Shown piece after piece: positions 9,418 through 19,348 of a DNA stretch of 64,000 nucleotides. The notes under the pieces are model-generated. The model made no database searches. It was given only the letters and a program-made list of their open reading frames with translations, and was not told the DNA's origin. Source of the stretch: Verrucomicrobiota bacterium (GTDB taxonomy: Bacteria; Verrucomicrobiota; Verrucomicrobiia; Opitutales; Cerasicoccaceae). The position numbers and the translations under genes are program-made. Numbering within the stretch: the stretch's first letter is position 1; every line of letters starts with the position of its first letter. The stretch is taken from positions 288,001 through 352,000 of the forward strand of contig JBCBUK010000002.1 in assembly GCA_039818205.1 (NCBI GenBank), in the 5' to 3' direction.

Positions 9418-10395
9418 ATGAAACCTGAATACCAACTCGTTACCGGTGCCGCCGGTTTTATCGGCCAGCGCACAGCGATGCAGCTCCTTGAACGGGGGGA
9501 CAAAGTCGTTGGCATCGATAATATGAATGACTACTACGATGTCCGCCTAAAGCGGCATCGCCTTGAGCAGTTGGAGCAACACCCCAACTTTACCTTTCGC
9601 CAAATAGATATCGAAGACAAAGCGGCGGTGGATCAGTTATTTGATGAGTTCCCGATGAAAACGGTGTTCAACCTGGCGGCCCGTGCCGGGGTCCGCTATA
9701 GCATGGAGAATCCATTTATCTACCTGAGCACAAACTCGGAAGGGACGTTGAATCTCTTAGAAGCGATGCGAAGCCATGGACTCAAGAAAATTGTCCTCGC
9801 ATCGACTTCGTCGCTCTATGCAGGGCAAAAGATGCCCTTTACCGAGGACCTGCCGGTGAACACGCCATTGTCTCCTTACGCTGCCTCGAAGAAGGGCGCC
9901 GAGGTGATGGCCTATAGTTATCATCACCTCTATGGATTTGATGTTTCGGTGGTGCGGTATTTCACCGTTTTTGGCCCGTGCGGTCGCCCGGATATGAGTA
10001 TCTATCGTTTCATCAAATGGATTGATGAAGGTGTGCCCATTACCTTGTATGGAGACGGTGAGCAAAGTCGCGACTTTACCTTCGTTGAAGATATTGCGGC
10101 GGGGACCATTGCGGCAGAAAAGGAAGTGGGCTACGAAATTTTTAACCTGGGCGGTGGTCGAAATCCGATCTCTTTGAACACAATTATCTCTTGGATCGAA
10201 GAAGCGCTTGGAAAGAAGGTTAGCTATGATAGGCGGCCATTCCACTCGGCGGATATGATGGAAACCTGGGCCGATATCTCCAAAGCTGAGCGATTGCTTG
10301 GCTGGCAACCAACGGTTGATGTTCGTGACGGTTTGCAGCGATCCGTTGATTGGTATTTGGAGAACAAGGAGTGGTTGAAAGATGTCGAAGTCTGA
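9418..10395 (+). CDS. NAD-dependent epimerase, UDP-glucuronate 4-epimerase type
   Basis: 'VTGAAGFIG', '[12 protein letters not shown]', '[13 protein letters not shown]', 'YAASK' and 'GRPDM' motifs. Confidence 0.85.
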   Translation: MKPEYQLVTGAAGFIGQRTAMQLLERGDKVVGIDNMNDYYDVRLKRHRLEQLEQHPNFTFRQIDIEDKAAVDQLFDEFPMKTVFNLAARAGVRYSMENPFIYLSTNSEGTLNLLEAMRSHGLKKIVLASTSSLYAGQKMPFTEDLPVNTPLSPYAASKKGAEVMAYSYHHLYGFDVSVVRYFTVFGPCGRPDMSIYRFIKWIDEGVPITLYGDGEQSRDFTFVEDIAAGTIAAEKEVGYEIFNLGGGRNPISLNTIISWIEEALGKKVSYDRRPFHSADMMETWADISKAERLLGWQPTVDVRDGLQRSVDWYLENKEWLKDVEV

Positions 10396-11185
10396 GCCCG
10401 CATTGAAGTTGATTGCTGGCCCATGCGCGCTTGAGAGCTGGGACGTGTGTTCTCAAGTGGCGGAAAAACTATCGCAATGGCGAGACGCTTTTCCGTCGCT
10501 AAGTATCGTTTTCAAAGGATCCTTTGATAAAGCAAATCGAACGTCGCTGGAAAGTCCACGAGGACCGGGCTTGGAAGCTGGCTTGGCGATGTTGTTGCGA
10601 GTCAGGAAGGAATTCGGCTTTCCGGTTTTAACCGATTTTCATTTGCCCGAACAAGCAGCTCCAGTGGGAGAAGTCTGCGATATTTTGCAGGTGCCCGCAT
10701 TCCTTTGCCGGCAAACAGATTTATTGGTTGCCGCGGCCGAGACCGGCAAAGTTGTTAACGTGAAGAAGGGTCAGTTTTTGTCTCCCTTTGAGATGGAGTT
10801 TGTGGTGAACAAGCTGGAAGGCGCTGGCGCGAAGGAGATCTGGTTGACCGAACGAGGATCCACCTTTGGATACCAAAACCTCGTGGCAGATATGCGAAGT
10901 TTTTCGATTATGGGGCAGTGGGGGCATCCGGTTATTTTCGATGCCACGCACAGTGTTCAGATTCCTGGCGGTGCCGGTGGCAAGAGCGGCGGCCAGCGAG
11001 AATTTGTTTTCCCATTGGCTCGAGCAGCTTTGGCAGCGGGAGCAAATGGCCTATTTATGGAAACGCATCCTCAGCCGGATACGGCCATCTCGGATGCACA
11101 GAGTCAGGTGCCTTTGGATGCCCTCGAGAACGAACTTCCTAGATTTATTTCTCTTTGGAAAGCTCTGCAGGACAAAGTGAATTAG
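10382..11185 (+). CDS. kdsA: 3-deoxy-8-phosphooctulonate (KDO8P) synthase
   Basis: 'IAGPC', 'FDKANRTS', '[10 protein letters not shown]', 'KKGQF' and 'FDATHSVQ' motifs. Confidence 0.97.
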   Translation: MSKSEPALKLIAGPCALESWDVCSQVAEKLSQWRDAFPSLSIVFKGSFDKANRTSLESPRGPGLEAGLAMLLRVRKEFGFPVLTDFHLPEQAAPVGEVCDILQVPAFLCRQTDLLVAAAETGKVVNVKKGQFLSPFEMEFVVNKLEGAGAKEIWLTERGSTFGYQNLVADMRSFSIMGQWGHPVIFDATHSVQIPGGAGGKSGGQREFVFPLARAALAAGANGLFMETHPQPDTAISDAQSQVPLDALENELPRFISLWKALQDKVN

Positions 11186-12165
11186 TGAGTCACCTAGAGA
11201 CAGCACAGCAGGTTTTTCGAGACGAGATTGCATCGTTGACGACGACGCTATCAAGAATTGAGGGTGATTTTGATCGGGCAGTTGAGCTAATAAGCTCGTT
11301 GCCAGGCAAGATTGTCGTCGCCGGACTTGGAAAGTCGGGTCTGATTGGCGCGAAGATTTCGGCGACACTGGCGAGTACAGGAACCTCTGCCATTTTTATG
11401 AATGCGTCGGAGGCACTTCACGGAGATCTAGGATTTGTTTCCAAGGGAGATGCAGTGCTCATGATCTCCAATAGCGGTGCGACCGTTGAGCTCGTAAAGA
11501 TGCTGCCCTTTTTGGAGCGGATGGGTATCCCAGTGATCGGCATTCTTGGCAATGTAGATACGCCGTTGGCTCAGCGGTGCCAGGTGGTTTTGGATGCGAG
11601 TGTCGAACGGGAAGCTTGCCCGTTAAACTTAGCCCCAATGAGCAGCACAACCGTTGCCCTAGTAATTGGGGATGCTTTGGCTGCTGCGCTCATGAAATTG
11701 CGCCAGTTTGGAGCTGATGAATTTGCTCTTCGCCATCCTGGTGGTGGGCTTGGTGTGCGCTTGTTGTTGAAGGTTGATGACTTAATGCACAGTGGTGATA
11801 CGCTTCCAACGATTAAGCCAGATGCCTCGTTCCGCGAGGTAATCGCTGAGTCAACTCGACCAAACCTTGGTGCGGCCTGTGTCGTCGAAGAAGGCGGCGT
11901 CCTCGCCGGAATAATCACGGATGGTGATGTGCGTCGGTCGTTACTTGATGTGAACGTGATGGGGGCGAGCGCAGCGGAGCTGATGACAAAAAATCCGGTT
12001 ACCATTAGTTCTGGTAGTTCGATTAGCGATGCGCTTGAGATTATGGAAGGGCGCAAGATTTACGTATTGCCAGTAATTGAGTCCGCGTCGCGCCGATTGC
12101 TTGGACTCTTGCGGATGCACGATATCATGGCCGATTTCTCTCCTGAACATGGCGCGACCCGTTAA
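11185..12165 (+). CDS. kdsD: Arabinose-5-phosphate isomerase (KpsF/GutQ family, SIS plus CBS)
   Basis: 'GLGKSG', 'ATLASTGT', 'EALHGDLG', 'EACPLNLAP' and 'HPGG.LG' motifs, then a CBS pair. The GTG start overlaps the kdsA stop. Confidence 0.93.
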   Translation: MSHLETAQQVFRDEIASLTTTLSRIEGDFDRAVELISSLPGKIVVAGLGKSGLIGAKISATLASTGTSAIFMNASEALHGDLGFVSKGDAVLMISNSGATVELVKMLPFLERMGIPVIGILGNVDTPLAQRCQVVLDASVEREACPLNLAPMSSTTVALVIGDALAAALMKLRQFGADEFALRHPGGGLGVRLLLKVDDLMHSGDTLPTIKPDASFREVIAESTRPNLGAACVVEEGGVLAGIITDGDVRRSLLDVNVMGASAAELMTKNPVTISSGSSISDALEIMEGRKIYVLPVIESASRRLLGLLRMHDIMADFSPEHGATR

Positions 12166-13693
12166 GACAGTCGATTCGGCCGAACAGGTTTATGACCCGG
12201 TCGAAGCTTTCCGGCGCGCTAGCAACCCGGGGGCGGCAGGTCGTTCCACTATCGCGCCGCGCGAATGGATTATTATCTATGCGGCAGCTCCGGCACTAAT
12301 CGTTTCGCCGTTTCTACTTGGCGGCATGGTTTGGTGGGCGCAGGTCGCGATTGCAATCATGCAGGCCATTCCTTTCTTGCTCGTGTTGCTGCCGATTCCG
12401 GGGCCGATTGCTTGGAAAGAACGGATGGTTCGGCTATTGCGATTTCCGCCTTTCTGGCTCGGCGGAACGTTTGTCCTCTACGTGATTATTCAGGCGCTCA
12501 ACCCAAGTTGGGAGCAAGTCTACATTGATTCGACAAGTTACTATGTTGGTGAGCGTAAGCCGGAGTATTTTATCTCATGGCTTCCCACGAGTATGAATAC
12601 GAATTTCTATGTTATGAATCCCTGGAGGATGGTGGTTTTTTGGGCCGGAGCTTGGGCATTTGTATGTGCCCTTTGGGCCGGACTGAGAAGTCGCCGTGCT
12701 TGGCTCGCGATTGCCTGGATTGCGTTGGGAACGGGAGCGGTTTTAAGCATGGCAAGTATTGTGCACCACCTTTCCTCCAACGAATACTTATTCTGGATCA
12801 CGGAGTATAAGCGCAATATCAACGCCTTTGGACCGTTTGTTTACCGAAACCAAGGAGCGGCCTATCTGTATCTATCCATGGGAATTGGATTCGCCTTGTT
12901 CTTTCACCTGCTGAATCGAAATGGATTGCGATCGGGCCTTCCGTTAGTGGCGTTGATGCTGGCGTTCGTCTGTGGCCTGGGCGTGGCAATCAATGCATCT
13001 CGTGGTGGATGGATTGGGGGCGCATGCGTCGTGCTCGCATTCATCGTGTTTTTGCCGTTCGCAATTCGCTGGAGGGACGGTTTTTCATGGGGATCACTGG
13101 TTGGTTTTGCGGCCGTCTTGATCTGCATGGGAGGGATCGGCTTTTGGTATTCCTCCACGATGGACTTTAGCGAAATTGACGAGAAGTGGACCAAGATTAT
13201 GGAGGAGCGTGACGACGAGGCATCGATTGGCGCTCGGATTGTCCTAACTGAGATAACTTGGCAGATGTTTAAAGACAAACCGCTTACTGGTTGGGGAGGC
13301 GGGAGTTTTCATTACCAGTTCCCTTACTACGCTGCTGCTTATCCAGAGATATATTTTGTTGGTCGGAGTTGGTGGAGTCAGTATGGGAAAGTCCTTCGAA
13401 AGTACCGGCAGGCCCATAACGATATCGTCCAGTTTCTGTCCGATTACGGAATTATTGGCTGCTCATTTTTGTTTCTGTGCGGCCTGTATTGGTTCGTGAG
13501 GCCAATTCTCAGTCTTTCTTTTTCCGTAGAAGGCCTGATGGCACTGTCAGTTGCTTTCGCCTTTTTGGTTCACAACTTTGCTGATTTTTTTCTGCAAAAT
13601 TCAATCACGCTTCAGAGTTGGCTGATCTTACTGTTGTTATCTGCTGGCCTTAAAGTTTCGAATCGACCGCAACGACGATCGCGGTCGGCTTGA
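12149..13693 (+). CDS. O-antigen ligase (WaaL/Wzy_C) family membrane protein; possibly an oligosaccharyltransferase
   Basis: Multi-TM protein with 'GPFVYRNQ', 'SRGG', 'KPLTGWGGGSF' and 'QAHND..Q.LSDYGIIG'. Confidence 0.85.
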   Translation: MARPVKTVDSAEQVYDPVEAFRRASNPGAAGRSTIAPREWIIIYAAAPALIVSPFLLGGMVWWAQVAIAIMQAIPFLLVLLPIPGPIAWKERMVRLLRFPPFWLGGTFVLYVIIQALNPSWEQVYIDSTSYYVGERKPEYFISWLPTSMNTNFYVMNPWRMVVFWAGAWAFVCALWAGLRSRRAWLAIAWIALGTGAVLSMASIVHHLSSNEYLFWITEYKRNINAFGPFVYRNQGAAYLYLSMGIGFALFFHLLNRNGLRSGLPLVALMLAFVCGLGVAINASRGGWIGGACVVLAFIVFLPFAIRWRDGFSWGSLVGFAAVLICMGGIGFWYSSTMDFSEIDEKWTKIMEERDDEASIGARIVLTEITWQMFKDKPLTGWGGGSFHYQFPYYAAAYPEIYFVGRSWWSQYGKVLRKYRQAHNDIVQFLSDYGIIGCSFLFLCGLYWFVRPILSLSFSVEGLMALSVAFAFLVHNFADFFLQNSITLQSWLILLLLSAGLKVSNRPQRRSRSA

Positions 13694-13866
13694 ACCGTTT
13701 ACTGGGATGGTCACGCTTGAATATTAAGTTCCCGTTTAGCTGGATCGAGGTTGAATCGGCAGCTTTATCCGAATTTGGGAAACGCCGGGAGCTTGCGCTT
13801 TAGAAATCTCCGGAGTATTTCAGGCACGTATATTCTTTGGCTACTAGTCCAGTTTCCTAACGTTTC

Positions 13867-14913
13867 ATGTCTCAAATGACAAAATCAGAGACTCCTTTGT
13901 TTAGCGTCGTGATTCCGCTATATAATAAGCAGGATACGATACGGGACACGTTAGAGTCGGTAAGAAAACAGACCTTTGAAGAGTTCGAAGTGGTTGTAAT
14001 CGACGATGGATCAACCGACGGTAGTCCTGAGATTGTCCAAGATTTTGTTGTTAGCGATGCCCGGTTTCGAGTTTTTCGCCAAGAAAACGCCCATGTGAGC
14101 GCTGCTCGCAACCACGGGGTTCGCAGATCTTGTGGTCACCTTGTTGCATTCTTGGATGCGGATGATTTTTGGAAACCAGATCATTTAGAAAATCTTAAGA
14201 CACTTTATCAGAGCTATCCTGAAGCCGGGATGTATGGGACGGCTTACACGCGTCATTACACGAGCGGTGGCGCAGTGGCGATGGTGGTGGCTCAGTTTGA
14301 AGGCGCCCATGGTCTTATCGGTGACTATTTCAAGTTGGCGCAGGAGTGTCAGTTTGTATACACGTCGAGCATTGCAGTGCCAAAACGAGTTCTCGATGGA
14401 ATCGACGGGTTTTCTGAGAATGAGAAATCTGGAGGAGAGGATCTCGATGTTTGGATGCGTGTCGCGATTCATCACAAAGTAGCGTATTTTGGACAGAGTA
14501 CGGTCGTATATAATTGTGGTGTCCCGAATCAATTGACCCAAAAAACCTCTGAATCGAGACGGGTCGGAGTTCTTTACCTAAAGAATTTAGCAGAAGCGTA
14601 TGCCGCTAATCGATTCGTGGGAGACCAGGCGCGGAGCGTGAAACGCTATTTAGATCATCACTGTTTCAAGCTAATTGGCTTTCAATTTCGGCGAACTATG
14701 AGTCTTTCTGAGATTAAGAGCTTTCTGGAGCGCTCTGGCTATGACCGACTGGAGCCTTCTCCTGCGATCCGGATGGTCCTTCGGCTGCCGTATGCCCGTA
14801 TTTGGTCCTTCGTTTTTTTGGTTCGACGGTGCCTTCATTCACGACAATTAATTAAGCTATTTGGTGGCGCGATTCGACGAAATGGCATGCTTTACACTTT
14901 AAATATTTCCTAA
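13867..14913 (+). CDS. Glycosyltransferase family 2
   Basis: 'FSVVIPLYN', 'VIDDGSTD', 'SAARN.G', 'FLDADD' and 'GEDLD' motifs. Confidence 0.93.
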   Translation: MSQMTKSETPLFSVVIPLYNKQDTIRDTLESVRKQTFEEFEVVVIDDGSTDGSPEIVQDFVVSDARFRVFRQENAHVSAARNHGVRRSCGHLVAFLDADDFWKPDHLENLKTLYQSYPEAGMYGTAYTRHYTSGGAVAMVVAQFEGAHGLIGDYFKLAQECQFVYTSSIAVPKRVLDGIDGFSENEKSGGEDLDVWMRVAIHHKVAYFGQSTVVYNCGVPNQLTQKTSESRRVGVLYLKNLAEAYAANRFVGDQARSVKRYLDHHCFKLIGFQFRRTMSLSEIKSFLERSGYDRLEPSPAIRMVLRLPYARIWSFVFLVRRCLHSRQLIKLFGGAIRRNGMLYTLNIS

Positions 14914-16379
14914 TGCTTGTTTTTACCCAGATCTTTCTTTGGTGCGTTCTATTGGTTTCCATAGCAATGCGCTTCATGGCACCGCTTGAGATGAACGGTA
15001 TTTTTCTCTCTGCGGTAGGCTTACTTGGACTGTTCAGTTACATTATTACCTGCTTCTACCTCCGTTACAACACGATTAGATTTAGTTGGGCGGGACTGTT
15101 CAATTTTTTCTGTGTCTCGTTCCTTATCGTGCATTTTCACAATATTCTAATTGTAGAAATCTATGACGATATTCGGATGAATATGAAGCTATGGTTTTCA
15201 CCCATGTATGCCTGTTCGAGCGCGGCCTTATCGCTGTCCGGTTTTACGTCCTTTTTGATAGTCTACAGCCTTTCCAAATCGAAAAACAGAATGCCGCTTC
15301 GAGAAAAAGCCACTTCAACGATCAACCCCGCTCGGTTGAAGTTGATCGTCTATATCCTATGTGTGGCGTCGGGCGTTCTCCTCCTTCTTTTTGTCGGTCT
15401 TGCAGGGAATAAATTTCGTAGTGGAGCGTATGCGGGTGGAGGTGATTATCTTGGCGGCGGAGCGAGCCATATTTTCATTCTATATAATGTCTTCTTTTTT
15501 AGTATGATCGTGTTCGATATATATCGAATGCGTGTCCTTTATGACCATCTGTCCCCAATCGGATTTCTTAGATGCGCGAACCCTTTCGTGCTTGGGAGCG
15601 CGGGAGTCTATCTCCTCATGAGTCTCTATGTTGGTGACCGTGGCCCGATTCTTCAGATGCTTATGCTTTATGCGGGAGCCTATAGTATCTTTTTCGGGAG
15701 AATACGGTTCTGGATGTTTGCTGGATGCATTGTTCTCGGAGTTATGACTATGGCTTTCATCGGTCGCTACCGGACATCCGATGCGGGTGTGTCGATGGAA
15801 GAGAAGATCGAAGAAGGAAAGTACAAGATGGGGGAGAGTAGTTGGTACCATACGACTGCTGAGCTTGGAGGTTCTTTTCGTTGTGTTGCGGCCTCAGAGA
15901 TGGTTGTTGAAGAACGCGGCTATTTTTGGGGGCTGTTTAAATTGAACAACTTTGTTAGCGCGGTTCCGTTTGCGAGTCGTTTCATGGCGCCTTACTTCGG
16001 CGCTCTTACTAGTGGTTTGACCTCTGGACAGTTCCTTACAGCGGTGATAATCGGTCCGAATTCAACTATTGGGGTTGGGACTACTATCATCGCGGATATC
16101 TATTTGGACTTCGGTTATGTGGGGGTTATAATCATGATGGGTATTTTGGGTTGGGGATTTGCATTTGTTGAGAAGCGGGCGCTTACCGGTTATAGTTTGA
16201 TGCATATCGCTTTGTTGCTCTTTATGTTGTCTGTGGCGTTCTATTGGCCTCGTTCGACTTTCGTCCCGCATGTCAAATTGATTGTGTGGGGGCTCGCGTT
16301 TATCAAGATCGTACATGTCTTCTATGGGAGAAACCTAAAGCTTTCGCGGAATGATATTTTGCGCCGCTATCGTGGATAA
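14913..16379 (+). CDS. wzy: Polysaccharide polymerase Wzy
   Basis: About 11-12 TM segments, 'GDRGP' and 'G.GTTIIADIYLDFGYVGV' (Wzy family pattern); lies within a GT cluster. Confidence 0.75.
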   Translation: MLVFTQIFLWCVLLVSIAMRFMAPLEMNGIFLSAVGLLGLFSYIITCFYLRYNTIRFSWAGLFNFFCVSFLIVHFHNILIVEIYDDIRMNMKLWFSPMYACSSAALSLSGFTSFLIVYSLSKSKNRMPLREKATSTINPARLKLIVYILCVASGVLLLLFVGLAGNKFRSGAYAGGGDYLGGGASHIFILYNVFFFSMIVFDIYRMRVLYDHLSPIGFLRCANPFVLGSAGVYLLMSLYVGDRGPILQMLMLYAGAYSIFFGRIRFWMFAGCIVLGVMTMAFIGRYRTSDAGVSMEEKIEEGKYKMGESSWYHTTAELGGSFRCVAASEMVVEERGYFWGLFKLNNFVSAVPFASRFMAPYFGALTSGLTSGQFLTAVIIGPNSTIGVGTTIIADIYLDFGYVGVIIMMGILGWGFAFVEKRALTGYSLMHIALLLFMLSVAFYWPRSTFVPHVKLIVWGLAFIKIVHVFYGRNLKLSRNDILRRYRG

Positions 16380-16412
16380 ACACACTTACTTCGAAGTGCC
16401 TTGGATTGAGCT

Positions 16413-16994
16413 ATGATAGCGCCAGATGAGTCGTTGAGAGATGCGTTGAAACAAGACGCTCTGTGGTTCAAGTGCGACCTCAAGCTAATCAATTTGACGC
16501 GAGCGATGCTTCTCCATCCTGGCTTTCGGATTGTGGTGGTTTCGAGAGTGCTTGGAGAGTATCGTGTTCGGCGTAAGATGAGGTTTCTGACCATTCCTTT
16601 GGTCGTCCTTCACCATATACTGCGGGAATTGTCGGGAATCCAAATTAGCTATGGAATGAAAGCAGGGGGAGGCTTTTACATGCCTCATTTCGGTTCGATC
16701 ATTATTAACCAGGATGCTACATTTGGCCGAAACTGCTATATCTCCCACAATATCACCGTTGGAAAAGTGCACGCTGGTGAGAAAATGGGGGTTCCGTCGT
16801 TTGGAGACGATGTTTATGTCGGTCCCGGCGCTGTCATTTTGGGAGCGTGCCGTATTGGAAACAATGTCGCCATCGCTGCAAACTCTGTCGTGATGTCTGA
16901 TATTCCAGACGACAGCTTCGTAGCCGGGGCTCCGGCAAAAGTAGTTTCCGATAAGGGGAGTAAAGAAATACTCGGGAGAGCTGATTCGGTATGA
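16413..16994 (+). CDS. Serine-acetyltransferase-like (WcaB/CysE type) left-handed beta-helix O-acetyltransferase
   Basis: 'PHFGSIIIN', 'GDDVYVGPGAVILG' and 'IAANSVV..DIP....AGAPA' hexapeptide repeats. Confidence 0.85.
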   Translation: MIAPDESLRDALKQDALWFKCDLKLINLTRAMLLHPGFRIVVVSRVLGEYRVRRKMRFLTIPLVVLHHILRELSGIQISYGMKAGGGFYMPHFGSIIINQDATFGRNCYISHNITVGKVHAGEKMGVPSFGDDVYVGPGAVILGACRIGNNVAIAANSVVMSDIPDDSFVAGAPAKVVSDKGSKEILGRADSV

Positions 16995-17004
16995 TCCCAG
17001 GTTA

Positions 17005-17538
17005 ATGAAAAGTATGACAGGAATCTTAGAGCGTCTTTATCAAGTATACCTTCGTCGCAAGCGACCGATTGAGTATGCGCGTCGAATCGGTGTGAAGATG
17101 GGTAAGGACTGTAAGATTGTTGCACCTTCTGGGGGAACTTTTGGAAGCGAACCCTACTTGGTTGAGTTCGGAGATCACGTTGAAATTTCCTCCCAGGTTA
17201 CGTTCGTGACCCATGATGGAGGCGCTTGGATTTTCCGTGATGAGCATCCAGATTTGGATGTATTTGCACCAATAACGGTCGGTAATAACGTGTTCATCGG
17301 CCTTGGATCCACAGTCTTGCCGGGAACGGTGATCGGTGACAATTGCGTTATTGGAGCTAAATCTTTGGTTCGTGGGAAGTTGGAATCAGGAGGCGTTTAT
17401 GCGGGGGTTCCGGTCCGTTTTATCAAGCCAGTCGAAGACTATTTAGAAGGATTGCTCAAACGGGATGTTGGAACCAAAAGTTTTACTGCTTGTGAGAAAA
17501 GAAAGTTTCTAGAGAAACACTTTAGCGTTTCGCCGTGA
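17005..17538 (+). CDS. Hexapeptide-repeat acyltransferase
   Basis: 'FGSEPYLV..GDHV.I...V.FVTHDG', 'VGNNVFIG' and 'YAGVP' motifs. Confidence 0.85.
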   Translation: MKSMTGILERLYQVYLRRKRPIEYARRIGVKMGKDCKIVAPSGGTFGSEPYLVEFGDHVEISSQVTFVTHDGGAWIFRDEHPDLDVFAPITVGNNVFIGLGSTVLPGTVIGDNCVIGAKSLVRGKLESGGVYAGVPVRFIKPVEDYLEGLLKRDVGTKSFTACEKRKFLEKHFSVSP

Positions 17539-18218
17539 GTGGATCACTAAAACATTTGTTTAGGGAAAGTGAGTGGGCATACGGCTTCTATGTCCGTCGA
17601 GCGAGCCGCATATCTACTGATTGGCCTAATGAGTCGACCGATTGCCATCAGACCGGTTTTCCGCGCTCCGCCAATACCTATAGCCGTTACTTGATCACGA
17701 ACTTTTTTCCCGAAAAGCGTTTTGTGACGCATATACATGCGGTTGCCTCGATCAAAGCTGCGTTGCGTAAAAGAGTTTTTACTCAGGTGATCGTACGCGA
17801 CCCTCAATCCAGCGTTTCTTCTTTGTGTATGAAATACTCACTTTCAGATACTAATGAAGCACTGATTGGTGAAACTTTAGAGTCTTACCTGAGATACCAT
17901 AGCTATGTCCTTCGTAGTCGTGACTCGCTAGAAGTTATTGATTTTTTGACGGTAACCACCGATCCAGAAGCGTTTGTTGCTCACATGGGCCGCGCCCTAG
18001 GAGTTGCGTTGGATCCGTCTGAAATCGGTCCAAAGATCGAGCAGCTTCAACAGGACTTTCGTGCGAAAGAGAAAACTAAGAAAGTCTCGGGTAGTTCGCT
18101 TCCAAACGATGAGCGGAATAAGGCGAAGGAGCGTTACCGTCTAACTATTGAATCGCACCCATTGTTTAACGGCGCCAACAACTGTTATGAGCAGCTAGTA
18201 TCTAAACGTGCGGTTTAG
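17535..18218 (+). CDS. Sulfotransferase-like protein
   Basis: 'TGFPRSANTY' resembles the 5'-PSB loop and 'IVRDPQSSVSS' the 3'-PB motif of PAPS-dependent sulfotransferases. GTG start. Confidence 0.6.
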   Translation: MSGSLKHLFRESEWAYGFYVRRASRISTDWPNESTDCHQTGFPRSANTYSRYLITNFFPEKRFVTHIHAVASIKAALRKRVFTQVIVRDPQSSVSSLCMKYSLSDTNEALIGETLESYLRYHSYVLRSRDSLEVIDFLTVTTDPEAFVAHMGRALGVALDPSEIGPKIEQLQQDFRAKEKTKKVSGSSLPNDERNKAKERYRLTIESHPLFNGANNCYEQLVSKRAV

Positions 18219-18247
18219 ACTCGATTGAATTTTATATCAGCTGATCT

Positions 18248-19348
18248 TTGAGTAAGAAAATAAAGCTTTGGATTGCGACCGGAAGCTTATCTGGGGGCGG
18301 CGCTGAGAGTCAGATTCATCTGTTGGCCAGTCATCTTGATCCAGGCCGGTTTGACATTCGAATCGGGTATTTAACCAAGAATGAGTCGGATCCGACCTTT
18401 CCCGAGCACGTTTCTTTGATCCACCTGTCGCGAGAAAAAACCTGGCAATGGCACCGGGTATGGTCGGGCATCCAGGACGACTTCCGATTGTTCAAACCAA
18501 ATCTGGTGCATGTTTGGTTGCCCGACACGATAATTATACCAGCGGCGGTTGTCTCGAAGATGCAGGGGCATCCAGTTATTTCGTCAATTCGTCGTTCGAC
18601 TTTCAAGGGAATCAGCAGAAGCTATTTCCCCCGGGAAGCAATGGGCCTACTGCCGCACCTGTTTTCGAGCCGGATCGTTTCGAATTTTCCCATTACCGAA
18701 GAACCGTGGATCGTGAAACGGCTGTGTTCCTGGCGCGGAAATATGGTCATACCAAACGGAGTGGATACTCGACGGCAAGCTGGTCCGCATGAGGCTAATT
18801 CCGATAAGCTGCGCCTGATGTACGTCGGACGATTCGCGCGCCAGAAGAATCTTCCGTTTCTTATTCGGGTGCTTGGTGAGATTAAGCGCCGAGGGAATGT
18901 CTCCTGTCATTTATCAATTTTTGGAAAAGGCGTTCACGATCAGAAAGCGGTTTTGGAGAAACTTATAAAGGAAGTTGGACTTTCCGGTGACGACGTTGCC
19001 TTTGAAGGATACCGCACTGATTGGAGACGTGAAAGTGGTCGTTTCGACTATATGGTATTTCCTAGCTTATCCGAAGGAATGCCTAATGTCGTTGCCGAGG
19101 CTATGGCTGAAGGTGTTCCAGTAATCGCCTCAGATATTGTCGAGACGGCACCGTTGGTCATAGCCGGAGAGAATGGTTTTCGTTTTGATCCAACGATCAG
19201 CCATGAATTGATCGAGATCATTGAGTCAGTTCCCCGAGGTGACGAGCATTGGAATAAGCTTTCCCATTCGGCAGCCAACAAGGCCAATGAATATTCGATC
19301 ACTCAGATGGTTGCTACCTACGAACAGTTGTACGAGAGAATTGCATGA
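18248..19348 (+). CDS. Glycosyltransferase family 4
   Basis: 'GGGAE', 'IPNGVD' and 'PSLSEGMPNVVAEAMA' (EX7E). TTG start. Confidence 0.9.
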   Translation: MSKKIKLWIATGSLSGGGAESQIHLLASHLDPGRFDIRIGYLTKNESDPTFPEHVSLIHLSREKTWQWHRVWSGIQDDFRLFKPNLVHVWLPDTIIIPAAVVSKMQGHPVISSIRRSTFKGISRSYFPREAMGLLPHLFSSRIVSNFPITEEPWIVKRLCSWRGNMVIPNGVDTRRQAGPHEANSDKLRLMYVGRFARQKNLPFLIRVLGEIKRRGNVSCHLSIFGKGVHDQKAVLEKLIKEVGLSGDDVAFEGYRTDWRRESGRFDYMVFPSLSEGMPNVVAEAMAEGVPVIASDIVETAPLVIAGENGFRFDPTISHELIEIIESVPRGDEHWNKLSHSAANKANEYSITQMVATYEQLYERIA

